Under the pieces are notes generated by a model that worked only from the letters and a program-made list of their open reading frames with translations, made no database searches and was not told the origin of the DNA. The position numbers and the translations under genes were made by a program. Shown in pieces: positions 28,478-39,046 of a stretch of 64,000 nt of DNA. Within the stretch, counting starts at the first letter, position 1; every line of letters begins with the position of its first letter. The stretch lies in the NCBI GenBank assembly GCA_903940225.1, contig CAJAKC010000032.1, positions 26,171 through 90,170 of the forward strand, written 5' to 3'. This DNA is from an uncultured Microbacteriaceae bacterium (GTDB lineage: Bacteria > Actinomycetota > Actinomycetes > Actinomycetales > Microbacteriaceae).

Positions 28478-29190
28478 CGGCGGCCGTGGTCGCGTTGCTT
28501 TTCGCGGTCCCTGCCCCGCCCGCAACGGCGTTGTCCTGCACCATGACGGAGATCATCGCCGGAATCTGCTCGGTCGGCGGCGGTACCGATGGCACCGACG
28601 TCAATGTGTGGGTAGACGGATCAACCGGTGGTGGGTCGTCGGGCGGTGGTAGTGAAGTCGATTGTGACGAAACGGCGGAGGGACGCTGCGCCGGTGTGTC
28701 TCCGCCAAAAACCGTCGATAAACCTGAGTCCGTGCACGACCTCGAATCCTTTAGGCCGCGCCGACCGCGACAATTTTCCGAACCCGTCGGGTGGACGATC
28801 GCAGGGTTACCGACCAATTTCGTCACGCGCGCGCGAACCCACATCGTGTCCGGTGAACTCGCGGGACACTCCGCGGACGTGCGGTTCATTCCCGTCCGTT
28901 ACCGTCGCACGTTCGGTGACGGGCGCACTCAGTCGACCACGGTGCGGGGCGCTCGGTGGTCGGCTGCGTGGTCCACAACGTCAACCTCTCACGTTTACGA
29001 AAACCCCGGTATCGAGACGGTGCGGCTTGTCGTCACCTATGTCGCCGACTATCGATATTCGGGCTTGGACTGGGTTCGATTAGGCGGAACAGTCACGCGC
29101 ACGGCCCCCGAACTCACCATTCGCGTGTTCGCGGCCGACACCTTTCTCGTGGCACGACCGTGTGTCGTCGATGCGATCGGGTGTCGATGA
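28444..29190 (+). CDS. secreted protein with Gly/Ser-rich linker and PKD-like C-terminal beta domain
   Basis: Signal-peptide-like RRILTAAVVALLFAVPAPPATA, GGGSSGGGSE linker, HVYENPGIETVRLVVTY PKD-like strand pattern. The start could be GTG 28459/28462 instead. Confidence 0.5.
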   Translation: MDGCVVVRRILTAAVVALLFAVPAPPATALSCTMTEIIAGICSVGGGTDGTDVNVWVDGSTGGGSSGGGSEVDCDETAEGRCAGVSPPKTVDKPESVHDLESFRPRRPRQFSEPVGWTIAGLPTNFVTRARTHIVSGELAGHSADVRFIPVRYRRTFGDGRTQSTTVRGARWSAAWSTTSTSHVYENPGIETVRLVVTYVADYRYSGLDWVRLGGTVTRTAPELTIRVFAADTFLVARPCVVDAIGCR

Positions 29191-29252
29191 ATTCAATGCA
29201 GACACACAGTCAACTTTAGGAAATTCCAAGGAAATGGCACGATGGTGGGGTA

Positions 29253-30515
29253 ATGGAAAAAGAAACCAAGGCCGAACCCACTCCTCCGACTCGTCGACGC
29301 GTGCGCAAGCCCGTCGTCGAGACCGTTCCCACACTCGAGGCGTTGACCGCGGAAACTGTTGCCGAACCCGCTGACACGACAAAACCGAAGCGGGCATGGT
29401 TGGTTGGTTCGATCCCGACGAAAGCCGCCGCTGGCATTGCCGTCATTGCTGGTGTCGCTGGTGGCATCGCCGGTGCGGGGATTGGATTTATCGGCAACGG
29501 GGGATTTGGATTCAACGCGGTCATCCAGCCGCAAGCCGTCACAATTTCGGACACAAACAACACCAAGACCGTCACCGCGGTCGCCGCGAAGGCCCTGCAG
29601 TCGGTCGTGACTATTGAGGTCGCGGGCGCAAATGGGGCGGGCGCGGGCTCGGGAGTGATCATCTCGACGGGCGGGTACATCGTCACGAACAACCACGTCG
29701 TCACCCTGGGCGGCTCTGAAAAGAACACCGACTTGCGGGTTACCCTTGCGGATGGACGTCTTTATGCGGCCAAAGTGGTTGGAACCGACCCCATCATGGA
29801 TGTGGCGGTTATCAAGATTTCTGCAACGGGATTGGTTCCCGCTGAATGGGGCGATTCGTCTGCGCTGACTGTTGGCGACGAGTCAATCGCCATCGGGGCG
29901 CCTCTCGGATTGGAAAACACCGTGACGGACGGCGTTGTTTCGGCGCTGAACCGATCCATCACCATCTCCAATAAGGGGGACGGCTTCAACTTTGATCTAC
30001 CGAACGGCCAGCAGTCCGCGGTTTCGCAGGACCTTTCGCTTCCGGTCATCCAAACCGACGCATCCATCAACCCCGGAAACTCGGGTGGAGCGTTGCTCAA
30101 CGCGGCGGGCCAGTTCATTGGCATGAACGTCGCTATCGCATCGAGCGGTTCGTCGTCGGGGTCGATCGGTGTCGGCTTCGCCCTGCCCAGCAATGTTGTC
30201 CAGCGCGTTGCCGAGGACATCATCGCGGACGGCAAGGCCGGGCACGGACGCATCGGAGCGACGGTGAGTGCGGTGACCGGAACGACGGGAGTGGTCGGCG
30301 CCCTCGTTCGCGAGATTACGGCCGGCTCGCCCGCGGCAAAGTCGGGACTTAAGCCGCAGGACGTCGTCACGACGTTCAACGAAATTCCGATTCGTAACGA
30401 GGTCGACCTCACCGCACAGGTTCGAGCGCTTCGGCCCGGGGACAAGGTTGACATGAACATTGTCAGGAACGGTGTGAACAAGACTCTGTCCGTGACGGTT
30501 GGCTCGCTCGAGTAG
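29253..30515 (+). CDS. htrA: HtrA/PepD-type S1C serine protease with membrane anchor and C-terminal PDZ
   Basis: TNNHVV (His), DVAVIKI (Asp), GNSGGALLN (Ser), PDZ-like REITAGSPAAKSGLKPQDVV. Confidence 0.85.
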   Translation: MEKETKAEPTPPTRRRVRKPVVETVPTLEALTAETVAEPADTTKPKRAWLVGSIPTKAAAGIAVIAGVAGGIAGAGIGFIGNGGFGFNAVIQPQAVTISDTNNTKTVTAVAAKALQSVVTIEVAGANGAGAGSGVIISTGGYIVTNNHVVTLGGSEKNTDLRVTLADGRLYAAKVVGTDPIMDVAVIKISATGLVPAEWGDSSALTVGDESIAIGAPLGLENTVTDGVVSALNRSITISNKGDGFNFDLPNGQQSAVSQDLSLPVIQTDASINPGNSGGALLNAAGQFIGMNVAIASSGSSSGSIGVGFALPSNVVQRVAEDIIADGKAGHGRIGATVSAVTGTTGVVGALVREITAGSPAAKSGLKPQDVVTTFNEIPIRNEVDLTAQVRALRPGDKVDMNIVRNGVNKTLSVTVGSLE

Positions 30516-30539
30516 AGCGCTCGCGCGTAAACTGTTCGC

Positions 30540-30803
30540 ATGGCAACGGACAACGAGACGGGCGGTTCGCTCGACGTGCTCGACCGCGAACTCGAGAAGC
30601 TGCTCGAAGACGAAAATCTAGACGAGGGCGACCACGACAAGTTTTCGCACTATGTCCCCAAAGAAAAAATTGTTGAGTCGGCGGTGACAGGAAAACCCGT
30701 CCGCGCACTGTGCGGCAAAAAATGGTTGCCGAACTCTAACCCCGAGCGTTTCCCGATTTGCCCGGCGTGCAAAGAAATCTACGAAAAGCTTCGAGCGGAG
30801 TAG
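30540..30803 (+). CDS. DUF3039 family protein
   Basis: KFSHYVPKEKI...ALCGKKWLPNSNPERFPICPACKEIY matches the remembered DUF3039 signature. Confidence 0.75.
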   Translation: MATDNETGGSLDVLDRELEKLLEDENLDEGDHDKFSHYVPKEKIVESAVTGKPVRALCGKKWLPNSNPERFPICPACKEIYEKLRAE

Positions 30804-30806
30804 GCG

Positions 30807-32087
30807 ATGAGCGCTTCGACCGCATTGCTCACGGACCGCTACGAGCTCACGATGATTGACGCCGCCCTGAAGGGTGGCCACGCTGACAGAGCGTGCGTGT
30901 TTGAAGTGTTCGCGCGTCGACTCAGCGGTGGGCGGCGTTACGGGGTCGTCGCAGGAACAGGCCGGTTGCTCGATGCGATTGAGGATTTTCGATTCGATGA
31001 ATCGACCCTCCGCTGGCTCAGTGCCGAAAAAGTTGTCAGCCCCGAAACGCTCGATTTCCTGGCCGACTATCGTTTCCGCGGTTCAATCCGCGGCTATCGC
31101 GAGGGCGAACTCTTCTTCCCCGGTTCGCCCATTGTGCAAGTCGAGGGAACTTTTGCGGAGTCGGTCATTCTCGAGACCCTCGTGCTGTCAATTCTCAATT
31201 ATGACTGTGCCGTTGCCACCGCCGCGTCGCGCATGGTCACCGCAGCGGATGGTCACGACCTGATTGAAATGGGTTCACGGCGCACCTCGGAGTTTGCCGC
31301 GGTTGCCGCCGCCCGGGCCGCCTTCATCGCGGGGTTTGGGGCGACGAGCAATCTCGAGGCTGGTCGACAGTGGGGAATCCCTACTCGGGGAACGGCTGCT
31401 CACTCGTTCACTCTGTTGCACGACTCGGAGGAAGACGCTTTCCGCTCGCAGGTCGCTGCGCTCGGGGCGGGAACGACACTGCTGGTCGACACCTACGACG
31501 TCCGTTCGGCAATCGAAACAGCCGTTCGTGTTGCGGGAACCGAGCTCGGCGCGGTCCGACTCGATTCCGGTGACCTTCCCAATCTGGTGCGTGATGTTCG
31601 TGCGCAGCTCGATTCCCTGGGCGCAACCTCGACGAAAATCGTCGTCACCAACGATCTCAACGAAAACACCATCGCCGCCCTTCGTGGAACTCCAGCGGAC
31701 GTGTTCGGAGTTGGCACATCCGTGGTTACGGGGGCTGGCTACCCGGCCGCCGGACTGGTGTACAAGCTCGTTGAGCACGTTGATGCGGCAGGAAACTGGG
31801 TGTCCGTCGCCAAGCGTTCGCCCGAAAAGTCAAATCCTGCTGGCCGCAAGACCGCCTTCCGGTCGGCCACAGCCGAGACGGTCTTTGTGGGTGAGCCCAA
31901 ACCGGATTCGTCGATGCGCGCTCTCGATGTGTCCTTCATCGCCGACGGTGTTATCGATACACGCTGGCGCGGACCACGCGCCGTTGCCGATGCCCGCGAG
32001 TATCACCAAACCGTGCGGGCGGAACTCACCGAGGCTGCTCTGCGCCTTTCGCCCGGCGACCCCGCCATTCCCACCGTCATTCGGTGA
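30807..32087 (+). CDS. pncB: nicotinate phosphoribosyltransferase
   Basis: ALLTDRYELTMIDAAL N-terminus and the length are typical of actinobacterial PncB. Confidence 0.8.
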   Translation: MSASTALLTDRYELTMIDAALKGGHADRACVFEVFARRLSGGRRYGVVAGTGRLLDAIEDFRFDESTLRWLSAEKVVSPETLDFLADYRFRGSIRGYREGELFFPGSPIVQVEGTFAESVILETLVLSILNYDCAVATAASRMVTAADGHDLIEMGSRRTSEFAAVAAARAAFIAGFGATSNLEAGRQWGIPTRGTAAHSFTLLHDSEEDAFRSQVAALGAGTTLLVDTYDVRSAIETAVRVAGTELGAVRLDSGDLPNLVRDVRAQLDSLGATSTKIVVTNDLNENTIAALRGTPADVFGVGTSVVTGAGYPAAGLVYKLVEHVDAAGNWVSVAKRSPEKSNPAGRKTAFRSATAETVFVGEPKPDSSMRALDVSFIADGVIDTRWRGPRAVADAREYHQTVRAELTEAALRLSPGDPAIPTVIR

Positions 32088-32105
32088 CATCGCTAGGCTG
32101 AAACG

Positions 32106-32954
32106 GTGAACCGAGACGCGGCCATTGGCATCATCGACAGCGGTGTCGGTGGGCTGACCGTTGCGCGCGCGGTCATCGACCAGTTGCCCAACGAATCCAT
32201 TCGATACATCGGTGACACGGCGAACGGGCCCTACGGACCTCTTCCCATTTCGGACGTGCGCGACCATGCTTTGAGGCTGCTCGACGAACTCGCCGAACAC
32301 GGTGTCAAGGCGCTCGTGATTGCGTGCAACACCGCGTCGGCGGCAATGTTCCGTGACGCAAAGGAACGGTATTCGGATCGCCTCGGGATTCCCGTCATCG
32401 AGGTGATTCAGCCCGCGGTGCGGACCGCGGTTCAGCGAACTCGGTCCAAGCGCATCGGCGTGATTGGCACCGAAGGAACGATCAAGTCGGGTGCGTACCA
32501 GGATTCTTTCGTCGCCGACCCCGAGATTCAGGTCGTGACTGCTGCGTGTCCTCGATTCGTCGAATTCGTTGAAGCGGGCGTGACGAGCGGTGCCGAATTG
32601 TTTGAGGTCGCAAACGAATACCTGCAACCGCTCAAGGATGCGCGAATCGACACCCTCGTCCTTGGGTGCACGCACTACCCGATGCTGTCCGCCGCAATCC
32701 AATATGTGATGGGGCCAACCGTCACGCTGGTTTCGAGTGCGGACGCGACGGCATTCGAGGTCTATCAGACGCTCCTCACCCACGACCTGTTACGCACGTC
32801 CACCGCGGTGCCCACACATTCATTCGAAACGACGGGAAACGACGCGGCGCGATTCGAAGCCCTCGCTCACCGTTTCCTCGGCCTTGAAGTCGGTCACGTC
32901 GAGGCGTTCCCGACGGGCACGCTGCATTTACCCCCGCTCACAACTGAGGAGTAA
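32106..32954 (+). CDS. murI: glutamate racemase
   Basis: [19 protein letters not shown] and GCTHYP catalytic cysteine motifs. Confidence 0.9.
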   Translation: MNRDAAIGIIDSGVGGLTVARAVIDQLPNESIRYIGDTANGPYGPLPISDVRDHALRLLDELAEHGVKALVIACNTASAAMFRDAKERYSDRLGIPVIEVIQPAVRTAVQRTRSKRIGVIGTEGTIKSGAYQDSFVADPEIQVVTAACPRFVEFVEAGVTSGAELFEVANEYLQPLKDARIDTLVLGCTHYPMLSAAIQYVMGPTVTLVSSADATAFEVYQTLLTHDLLRTSTAVPTHSFETTGNDAARFEALAHRFLGLEVGHVEAFPTGTLHLPPLTTEE

Positions 32955-32958
32955 CACC

Positions 32959-33693
32959 ATGACACGCATCGACGGACGCACCAACGACGAACTCCGACCC
33001 ATCACGATTGACCGCGGTTGGTCGGCGCACGCAGAGGGTTCGGCGCTCATTTCCTTTGGCGGGACGAAGGTGTTGTGCACGGCGTCGTTCACCAATGGCG
33101 TTCCGCGCTGGATGGCGGGAACCGGCAAGGGGTGGGTCACGGCCGAATACTCGATGCTCCCGCGTGCCACAAATTCACGCAACGACCGCGAATCCGTCAA
33201 GGGCAAAATCGGTGGCCGCACACACGAAATTTCGAGACTCATCGGGCGCAGCCTTCGCGCGGTTGTCGACATCAAAGCCCTCGGCGAGAACACGATCGTC
33301 ATCGACTGCGATGTTCTTCAGGCGGATGGTGGCACACGCACCGCGGCGATCACCGGTGCGTACATCGCCCTGCACGACGCGATCGAGTGGGGCCGGACCA
33401 AGGGGTTCATCGCCAAGAACGCGAAAGCGCTGATCGATTCCGTTGCGGCCGTTTCCGTCGGGATTATCGATGGCGCTCCGATGCTTGATTTGCAATACAC
33501 CGAGGACGTTCGCGCAGAGACAGACATGAACGTCGTCGCAACGGGTAGAGGGTTGTTCGTCGAAGTCCAGGGAACTGCTGAAGGTGCACCGTTCGACAAG
33601 TCTGAACTCGACAACCTTTTGGCTCTCGCCATTGCGGGGACGGGTCGTCTCACCGAGATTCAAGCCGCGACACTAGCCGTGGGCGCCGAATGA
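32959..33693 (+). CDS. rph: ribonuclease PH
   Basis: [15 protein letters not shown]..., [28 protein letters not shown]. Start moved to the internal ATG 32959. Confidence 0.9.
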   Translation: MTRIDGRTNDELRPITIDRGWSAHAEGSALISFGGTKVLCTASFTNGVPRWMAGTGKGWVTAEYSMLPRATNSRNDRESVKGKIGGRTHEISRLIGRSLRAVVDIKALGENTIVIDCDVLQADGGTRTAAITGAYIALHDAIEWGRTKGFIAKNAKALIDSVAAVSVGIIDGAPMLDLQYTEDVRAETDMNVVATGRGLFVEVQGTAEGAPFDKSELDNLLALAIAGTGRLTEIQAATLAVGAE

Positions 33694-34343
33694 GAGACGA
33701 CTACCACGAACCGGACGTCGACAACGAGGCGACGGAAGACGAAATTGAACGAACCGTGATCATTGTCGCCACGCACAATGAGCACAAGATCGAGGAAATT
33801 TCGCGGACACTGCTCCCTCTACTGGGTATGCCCGTTGAACTTCGACCGACCTCGGGAAAGCCCCCCAAGGAGGATGGCGAGACCTTCGCCGAAAACGCCC
33901 TGATCAAGGCGCGCGCCGCGTTCGCCCAAACGGGACTTCCCGCCATCGCCGACGATTCGGGAATCTGTGTTGACGCGCTGGACGGCAAGCCGGGAATTCA
34001 TTCCGCCCGGTACACCGAAGCCGGGACGGATGAAGCCAACCGCAAAGCTCTGCTCGAGGCGCTCAGGGGCGTGAAAGACCGCACGGCGACCTTTGTCTGC
34101 GCCTTCGCCTTTGTCACCGCCGAGGGTGAACGGGTCGAAGTCGGCGAGTGGCCGGGAAGGGTTCGCGCGGCCGAGAAGGGTGACGGCGGTTTCGGGTACG
34201 ACCCAATCTTCGCGCCGAACGGTATTTCCGGCACGGCAGCGGAACTAACCCCGACCGAAAAGGCGGCCCTTTCCCACCGTGCACGCGCAATCGGCCAGAT
34301 CGCTCCGGCCATCAACTACTTCCTCAACACGCACTCCGCCTAA
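33690..34343 (+). CDS. rdgB: RdgB/HAM1 non-canonical purine NTP pyrophosphatase
   Basis: [38 protein letters not shown]. Confidence 0.85.
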   Translation: MRDDYHEPDVDNEATEDEIERTVIIVATHNEHKIEEISRTLLPLLGMPVELRPTSGKPPKEDGETFAENALIKARAAFAQTGLPAIADDSGICVDALDGKPGIHSARYTEAGTDEANRKALLEALRGVKDRTATFVCAFAFVTAEGERVEVGEWPGRVRAAEKGDGGFGYDPIFAPNGISGTAAELTPTEKAALSHRARAIGQIAPAINYFLNTHSA

Positions 34344-35563
34344 TGTCTCGGTCGATCGGTCGCTCCCCCCTTGTTTCGCTGCTGGGGCCAGCGATGGTCG
34401 CCGGTGTTGCGTACCTGGACCCCGGCAATGTCGCCTCCAACATCACGGCCGGCTCGCGCTACGGCTTTCTGTTGGTGTGGGTCGCCGTTCTCGCCAACCT
34501 CATCGCGTGGATGGTGCAGTTCCTTTCCGCCCGGCTCGGAATCGTGACCGGGCTCAGCCTGCCGGAGGTGATGGGCAAGCGAATCACCTCGCGCGGTTGG
34601 CGATTCGCGTATTGGGTTCAAGGCGAACTCGTTGCGATGGCAACCGATGTCGCTGAGGTCGTCGGCGGGGCAATTGCCCTCAATCTGTTGTTCGGGCTCC
34701 CCCTCTGGCTGGGCGGGGTCATCGTCGGTGTCATTGCACTGGCCCTGTTGGGGGTTCAATCGCGCTTCGGACCACGGCCGTTCGAACGTGTCATCGTCTT
34801 CTTCATCCTCGTGATTGTCGCGGGTTTCTGTGCCAGCCTTTTTGTGCACCCGGTCAACGTCGTTGACGTCGTCGGTGGGTTGGTGCCCCGGTTCGACGGG
34901 CAGGGTTCGGTTCTGTTGGCGACGGCGATTCTTGGTGCGACGGTGATGCCTCACGCGATCTACGCTCATTCAGCACTGTCGCGCGAGAGATTTGGCGACG
35001 TCGCGGATGCCGATATTCCGCGACTGCTGTCGGCAACTCGAATTGATGTCACCGCCGCACTCGCCATCGCCGGTGCGGTGAACATCGCCCTGATTGTCGT
35101 CGGGGGCGCGGTTTTGTCCGACCACCCCGAGTCCGAGACGCTGTCGGGCGCGTTCGCGGCACTGGGCTCCGAGCTCGGGACAGGCATTGCAATTCTGTTT
35201 GCGGTGGGGTTGCTTGCGTCGTCACTCGCGTCCACCGCGGTGGGAGCTTATGCGGGCGCGGAAATCATGTCGGGGCTGACAACGTTTAAGGTCAAACCTT
35301 TCGTCCGTCGCGTCATCACCATCGTGCCGGCAGTCGCTCTGCTGACGTCCGGACTTGAACCGACAACTGCGCTCATCGTCTCGCAGGTTGTGCTGAGCTT
35401 CGGAATCCCGTTCGCGCTGATCCCGCTCATTGTCGTGACGACCAGCCGACGCCTGATGGGCGAGTACCGTGCGGGATCCACACTGAGGGCATTTGCGACC
35501 GCAGCAGCCGTCCTCGTCGTCATCATTAACGGAGGACTGATCGCGCTAACTCTCGGTGCGTGA
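34343..35563 (+). CDS. mntH: Nramp-family divalent metal (Mn2+) transporter
   Basis: LLGPAMVAGVAYLDPGNVASNI (DPGN motif), MPHAIYAHS, about 11 TM helices. TAATG overlap with rdgB. Confidence 0.85.
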   Translation: MSRSIGRSPLVSLLGPAMVAGVAYLDPGNVASNITAGSRYGFLLVWVAVLANLIAWMVQFLSARLGIVTGLSLPEVMGKRITSRGWRFAYWVQGELVAMATDVAEVVGGAIALNLLFGLPLWLGGVIVGVIALALLGVQSRFGPRPFERVIVFFILVIVAGFCASLFVHPVNVVDVVGGLVPRFDGQGSVLLATAILGATVMPHAIYAHSALSRERFGDVADADIPRLLSATRIDVTAALAIAGAVNIALIVVGGAVLSDHPESETLSGAFAALGSELGTGIAILFAVGLLASSLASTAVGAYAGAEIMSGLTTFKVKPFVRRVITIVPAVALLTSGLEPTTALIVSQVVLSFGIPFALIPLIVVTTSRRLMGEYRAGSTLRAFATAAAVLVVIINGGLIALTLGA

Positions 35564-36202
35564 CTCTTTCGCCATCGCGCGTCGTTCCCGGAGCCAGTGA
35601 ACCCCAACAGAGGCCGCGGAAACGACGACGACGCCAATCAAAACGAGATCAATGTACTCGGTGACGAGCGCGGCGACCCCGGGGATGTGGGCGATCGCCC
35701 AGCCGACGACGGGAAGAAGACCGGCCCACAGCAGCGAACCGAGCGCGTTGTATGCGGTGAAGGTTCGACGGTTCATGCGACCGATGCCGGCGGCGACCGG
35801 CAAAAGGGTCCGGACTATGGGAACATATTGTCCGATTGTCAACGACAGCGGCCCCCATTTGCGGAAGAAATCTTCTGTGCGCTTGACGCTGTGGTGCGAA
35901 AGCAGGCCTTTTTCCGAGCGCGTGAATACAGCTTGCCCGCCGACTTTTCCAATCTGATATCCGGTCTGGTTACCGGCGATAGACGCAACCATGATGACCA
36001 ACGAAACCAGCCAGATGGGCTGCTGAATTGTGCCTTGATACGCGAGCACCCCCGTAATCAGCAGGAGGGTGTCTCCGGGGAGAAGGAAACCGATGAGGAG
36101 TCCCGTTTCGATGAAGACAATTGCCGCAACGACGACGATTGCCCACACGCCGGCATCCTCAATAATCGCTTGAGGGTCGAACAGACCAATCGTTTCGATC
36201 AC
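35546..36202 (-). CDS. DedA/VTT-domain membrane protein
   Basis: FIETGLLIGFLLPGDTLL signature. The ORF-track start (36256) runs into the tRNA-Leu gene, so in-frame GTG 36202 preceded by AAGGAAA is used. Confidence 0.75.
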   Translation of the reverse strand: MIETIGLFDPQAIIEDAGVWAIVVVAAIVFIETGLLIGFLLPGDTLLLITGVLAYQGTIQQPIWLVSLVIMVASIAGNQTGYQIGKVGGQAVFTRSEKGLLSHHSVKRTEDFFRKWGPLSLTIGQYVPIVRTLLPVAAGIGRMNRRTFTAYNALGSLLWAGLLPVVGWAIAHIPGVAALVTEYIDLVLIGVVVVSAASVGVHWLRERRAMAKESRTES

Positions 36203-36219
36203 GCGTTTCCTTTCACCAG

Positions 36220-36299
36220 TGCGGGTGGAGGGACTCGAACCCACACGCCGAAGCACAGGATCCTAAATCCTGCGTGTCTACCAATTTCACCACACCCGC
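36220..36299 (-). tRNA. tRNA-Leu (anticodon TAG)
   Basis: Reverse complement GCGGGTG...CACCCGCA folds as a cloverleaf with anticodon loop TTTAGGA, an extended variable arm and T-arm GGGTTCGAGTCCC. CCA is not encoded. Confidence 0.85.
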
Positions 36300-36434
36300 T
36301 TGTTCCCTCAGTGTAATGGCAGTGCTTAAAGGCGTAGAGTGAATCCGTTCGTAAACACAGGATTTGCGGGTGGTTCGACCTCCGCAACACAGAACTCCGA
36401 CCGGCGATTTCGTCGGCGCGAAAGGAAGTAAACG

Positions 36435-37895
36435 ATGCGCGCGGAAGCAGAACTTTTGGCATCAGTCCCCACCAAGCTGTTTATCGGGGGTGATTGGGTC
36501 GACGCCGAAGGGGGCAAGACGCTCACGGTAAGCGACCCTGCCACGGGTGCGCATCTCTCGACCATCGCTAATGCGTCCGAAGCCGACGCGAAGAAGGCGA
36601 TGGACGCGGCTGCTGCGGTTCAGGAATCGTGGGGGAACACCGCACCGCGTGTTCGCGGGGAGATTCTTCGGAAGGCGTGGGAACTGCTCGTCGAACGACG
36701 TGACGACTTCGCGTTACTCATGACGATTGAGATGGGAAAGCCATTCGCCGAGGCACAGGGCGAGGTCACCTACGGCGGCGAGTTCCTTCGCTGGTTCTCT
36801 GAAGAAGCGGTTCGCATCAACGGCCGCTTTGGCTCGAACCCCGAGGGCACCGGCACGATGATCGTGTCGAAGCGCCCGGTCGGCCCCAGCTTCCTCATCA
36901 CTCCGTGGAACTTCCCTCTCGCGATGGCGACGCGCAAGATCGCTCCCGCAATCGCCGCAGGCTGCACGGCCATCATTAAGCCGGCGGAACTCACGCCTCT
37001 GACCACGCTGCTGTTCGCTGCACTCCTCGAGGAGGCCGGAGTGCCCAAGGGCGTCGTCCAAGTCATTACGACGAGCCGCTCGCGCGACGTGTCGCCGATC
37101 ATCATCCAAGACCCGCGGCTGCGCAAGTTGTCGTTCACGGGTTCAACGCAGGTGGGTAAAGTTCTGCTCAAGCAGGCCGCGGACAACGTTCTGCGCACGT
37201 CGATGGAACTCGGTGGAAACGCACCGTTTATCGTCTTCGACGACGCCGACATCGACAAAGCGGTTGATGGAGTCATGATTGCGAAGTTCCGCAACATCGG
37301 CCAGGCGTGCACCGCGGCGAATCGCATTTTCGTTCAGAAGGGCGCAGCGGCAGAGTTCACGAAAAAGGTCGCCGAGCGCGTTTCCGCGATGAAGGTCGGT
37401 CGCGGTACCGAAGAGGGTGTGACAATCGGGCCGCTCATTGACGAAAAGGCCGTCGAGTCGAGCCAAGCGTTCGTTGACGACGCCGTTGGTCTCGGCGCAA
37501 AGGTTCTGACCGGGGGCAAGCGCGTCGACGGCGCTGGGACCTTCTTCCAGCCCACGGTTCTTGCCAACGTGCACGCCGACACGCGTTTCATGGCGGAGGA
37601 AATCTTCGGACCCGTTTTGGGGGTCATCGAATTCGACACCGAGGACGAGGTCATTGCGATGGCCAATGACACCGAATACGGACTAATCTCCTACGCATTC
37701 ACGAACGATATGCACCGCGGGCAGCGACTCATCGAGAAGCTCGAGACGGGAATGATGGGTCTCAACACGGGCCTCGTCTCGAACGCCGCCGGTCCGTTCG
37801 GCGGGGTCAAGCAGTCCGGTGTCGGGCGCGAAGGCTCATCCGAAGGCATCGAGGAATACCTAACGACGAAGTACACCTTCATCCCGAAGGCGTAG
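36435..37895 (+). CDS. gabD: NAD(P)-dependent succinate-semialdehyde dehydrogenase (ALDH superfamily)
   Basis: 486 aa. ELGGNAPF (catalytic Glu) and NIGQACTAANR (catalytic Cys); overall GabD-like pattern. Confidence 0.8.
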   Translation: MRAEAELLASVPTKLFIGGDWVDAEGGKTLTVSDPATGAHLSTIANASEADAKKAMDAAAAVQESWGNTAPRVRGEILRKAWELLVERRDDFALLMTIEMGKPFAEAQGEVTYGGEFLRWFSEEAVRINGRFGSNPEGTGTMIVSKRPVGPSFLITPWNFPLAMATRKIAPAIAAGCTAIIKPAELTPLTTLLFAALLEEAGVPKGVVQVITTSRSRDVSPIIIQDPRLRKLSFTGSTQVGKVLLKQAADNVLRTSMELGGNAPFIVFDDADIDKAVDGVMIAKFRNIGQACTAANRIFVQKGAAAEFTKKVAERVSAMKVGRGTEEGVTIGPLIDEKAVESSQAFVDDAVGLGAKVLTGGKRVDGAGTFFQPTVLANVHADTRFMAEEIFGPVLGVIEFDTEDEVIAMANDTEYGLISYAFTNDMHRGQRLIEKLETGMMGLNTGLVSNAAGPFGGVKQSGVGREGSSEGIEEYLTTKYTFIPKA

Positions 37896-37904
37896 TTTGA
37901 CGCT

Positions 37905-37916
37905 GTTGTGGACAAA
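37905..37916 (+). promoter_or_regulatory. pilus/envelope box copy 4, degenerate (GTTGTGGACAAA)
   Basis: 10/12 match to copy 1. Ends 38 nt before tadA ATG 37955. CATGGT hexamer at 37943-37948. Confidence 0.4.
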
Positions 37917-37943
37917 ACCCGGGGTCACGCTCCGGGTTTTGTC
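37911..37943 (+). terminator. 12-bp stem-loop: gabD terminator and/or tadA leader structure
   Basis: GACAAAACCCGG (37911-37922) pairs with CCGGGTTTTGTC (37932-37943), 9-nt loop, no T-tract. Overlaps box copy 4, so its role is ambiguous. Confidence 0.45.
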
Positions 37944-37954
37944 ATGGTGGGGAC

Positions 37955-39046
37955 ATGTCCGACACCGACACCGAGAGCGTCGTTGAGCGCGTCAGGGGAG
38001 CGGTGGCTCGCGGCGCCACTGTTCGCGATGCGATCGTCACGGAGGTTCGGTCTGCACACGAACGATCACTCGGAATGGCCGCCGGTCTCGACATCGATGA
38101 ACGCGCCGTATCGGAACGAGTCGACGGTTTCGGAGCACTGCAGCCGCTGTTGGATGATCCCACCATCGAGGAAATCTGGGTAAACGACGATTCGGCTGTC
38201 TTCGTTGCGCGCGCGGGAGTTCATGAGCGGCTAGATCGGAACATCGGTCGTGACGAGGTTCGCTCGCTCGTCGAACGAATGCTGCGGCGCACGGGCCGCC
38301 GAATCGACTATTCCCAACCGTTTGTCGACGCGTCGCTTCCCGACGGCTCCCGATTGCACGTTGTCATTCCTCCCATCACGCGCGAATCGTGGTCGGTCAA
38401 CATTCGAAAGTTTTCGCGTTCGTTACGGTCGCTCGATGATCTTGTCTCGGCGGGGACGCTGACCCAGGGTTCCGCGACGGTTCTGACCGACGCGGTTCGC
38501 GCGGGACTGACCGTGCTCGTCGCGGGCGCGACCCAAGCGGGCAAGACGACCATGCTGACCGCCTTGTGCGGGGTGCTGCCTTCGGGCGAGCGAATTGTCA
38601 CGGTGGAAGAGACGTTCGAACTCGCCCTGCCCAACAGCGATGTCGTCGGCATGCAGTGCCGAGGGCCGAGCCTGGAAGGCCTGGGCGAAGTAACCCTGCG
38701 TCGCTTGGTAAGAGAGACACTGCGCATGCGTCCGACGCGCATCGTCGTCGGTGAAGTCCGCGGAGACGAAGCCCTCGATCTTCTCGTCGCGCTCAATTCA
38801 GGGATTCCGGGTTTGTGCACGATCCATGCGAACTCGGCGGGGGATGCCGTCCGAAAACTCGCAACCCTGTGCCAACTCGCGGGGGGAATCTCGGCGGAAT
38901 TCGTCACCGCGACCATCGCCGCCACCGTTGACCTAGTGGTTCACTGCCAAATGGGGTCGGACGGGGTGCGCCGGGTCACCGATATCGCTCGGCCCACGGT
39001 GGGACCAGTAGGGATCGAAATGGAGTCGGTGTGGTCCCCGTCGTAA
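37955..39046 (+). CDS. tadA: TadA/CpaF-family type IV pilus (Tad) secretion ATPase
   Basis: Walker A GATQAGKTT, Walker B-like RIVVGEVRG, His box CTIHANS; length is typical of the short actinobacterial form. Confidence 0.85.
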   Translation: MSDTDTESVVERVRGAVARGATVRDAIVTEVRSAHERSLGMAAGLDIDERAVSERVDGFGALQPLLDDPTIEEIWVNDDSAVFVARAGVHERLDRNIGRDEVRSLVERMLRRTGRRIDYSQPFVDASLPDGSRLHVVIPPITRESWSVNIRKFSRSLRSLDDLVSAGTLTQGSATVLTDAVRAGLTVLVAGATQAGKTTMLTALCGVLPSGERIVTVEETFELALPNSDVVGMQCRGPSLEGLGEVTLRRLVRETLRMRPTRIVVGEVRGDEALDLLVALNSGIPGLCTIHANSAGDAVRKLATLCQLAGGISAEFVTATIAATVDLVVHCQMGSDGVRRVTDIARPTVGPVGIEMESVWSPS

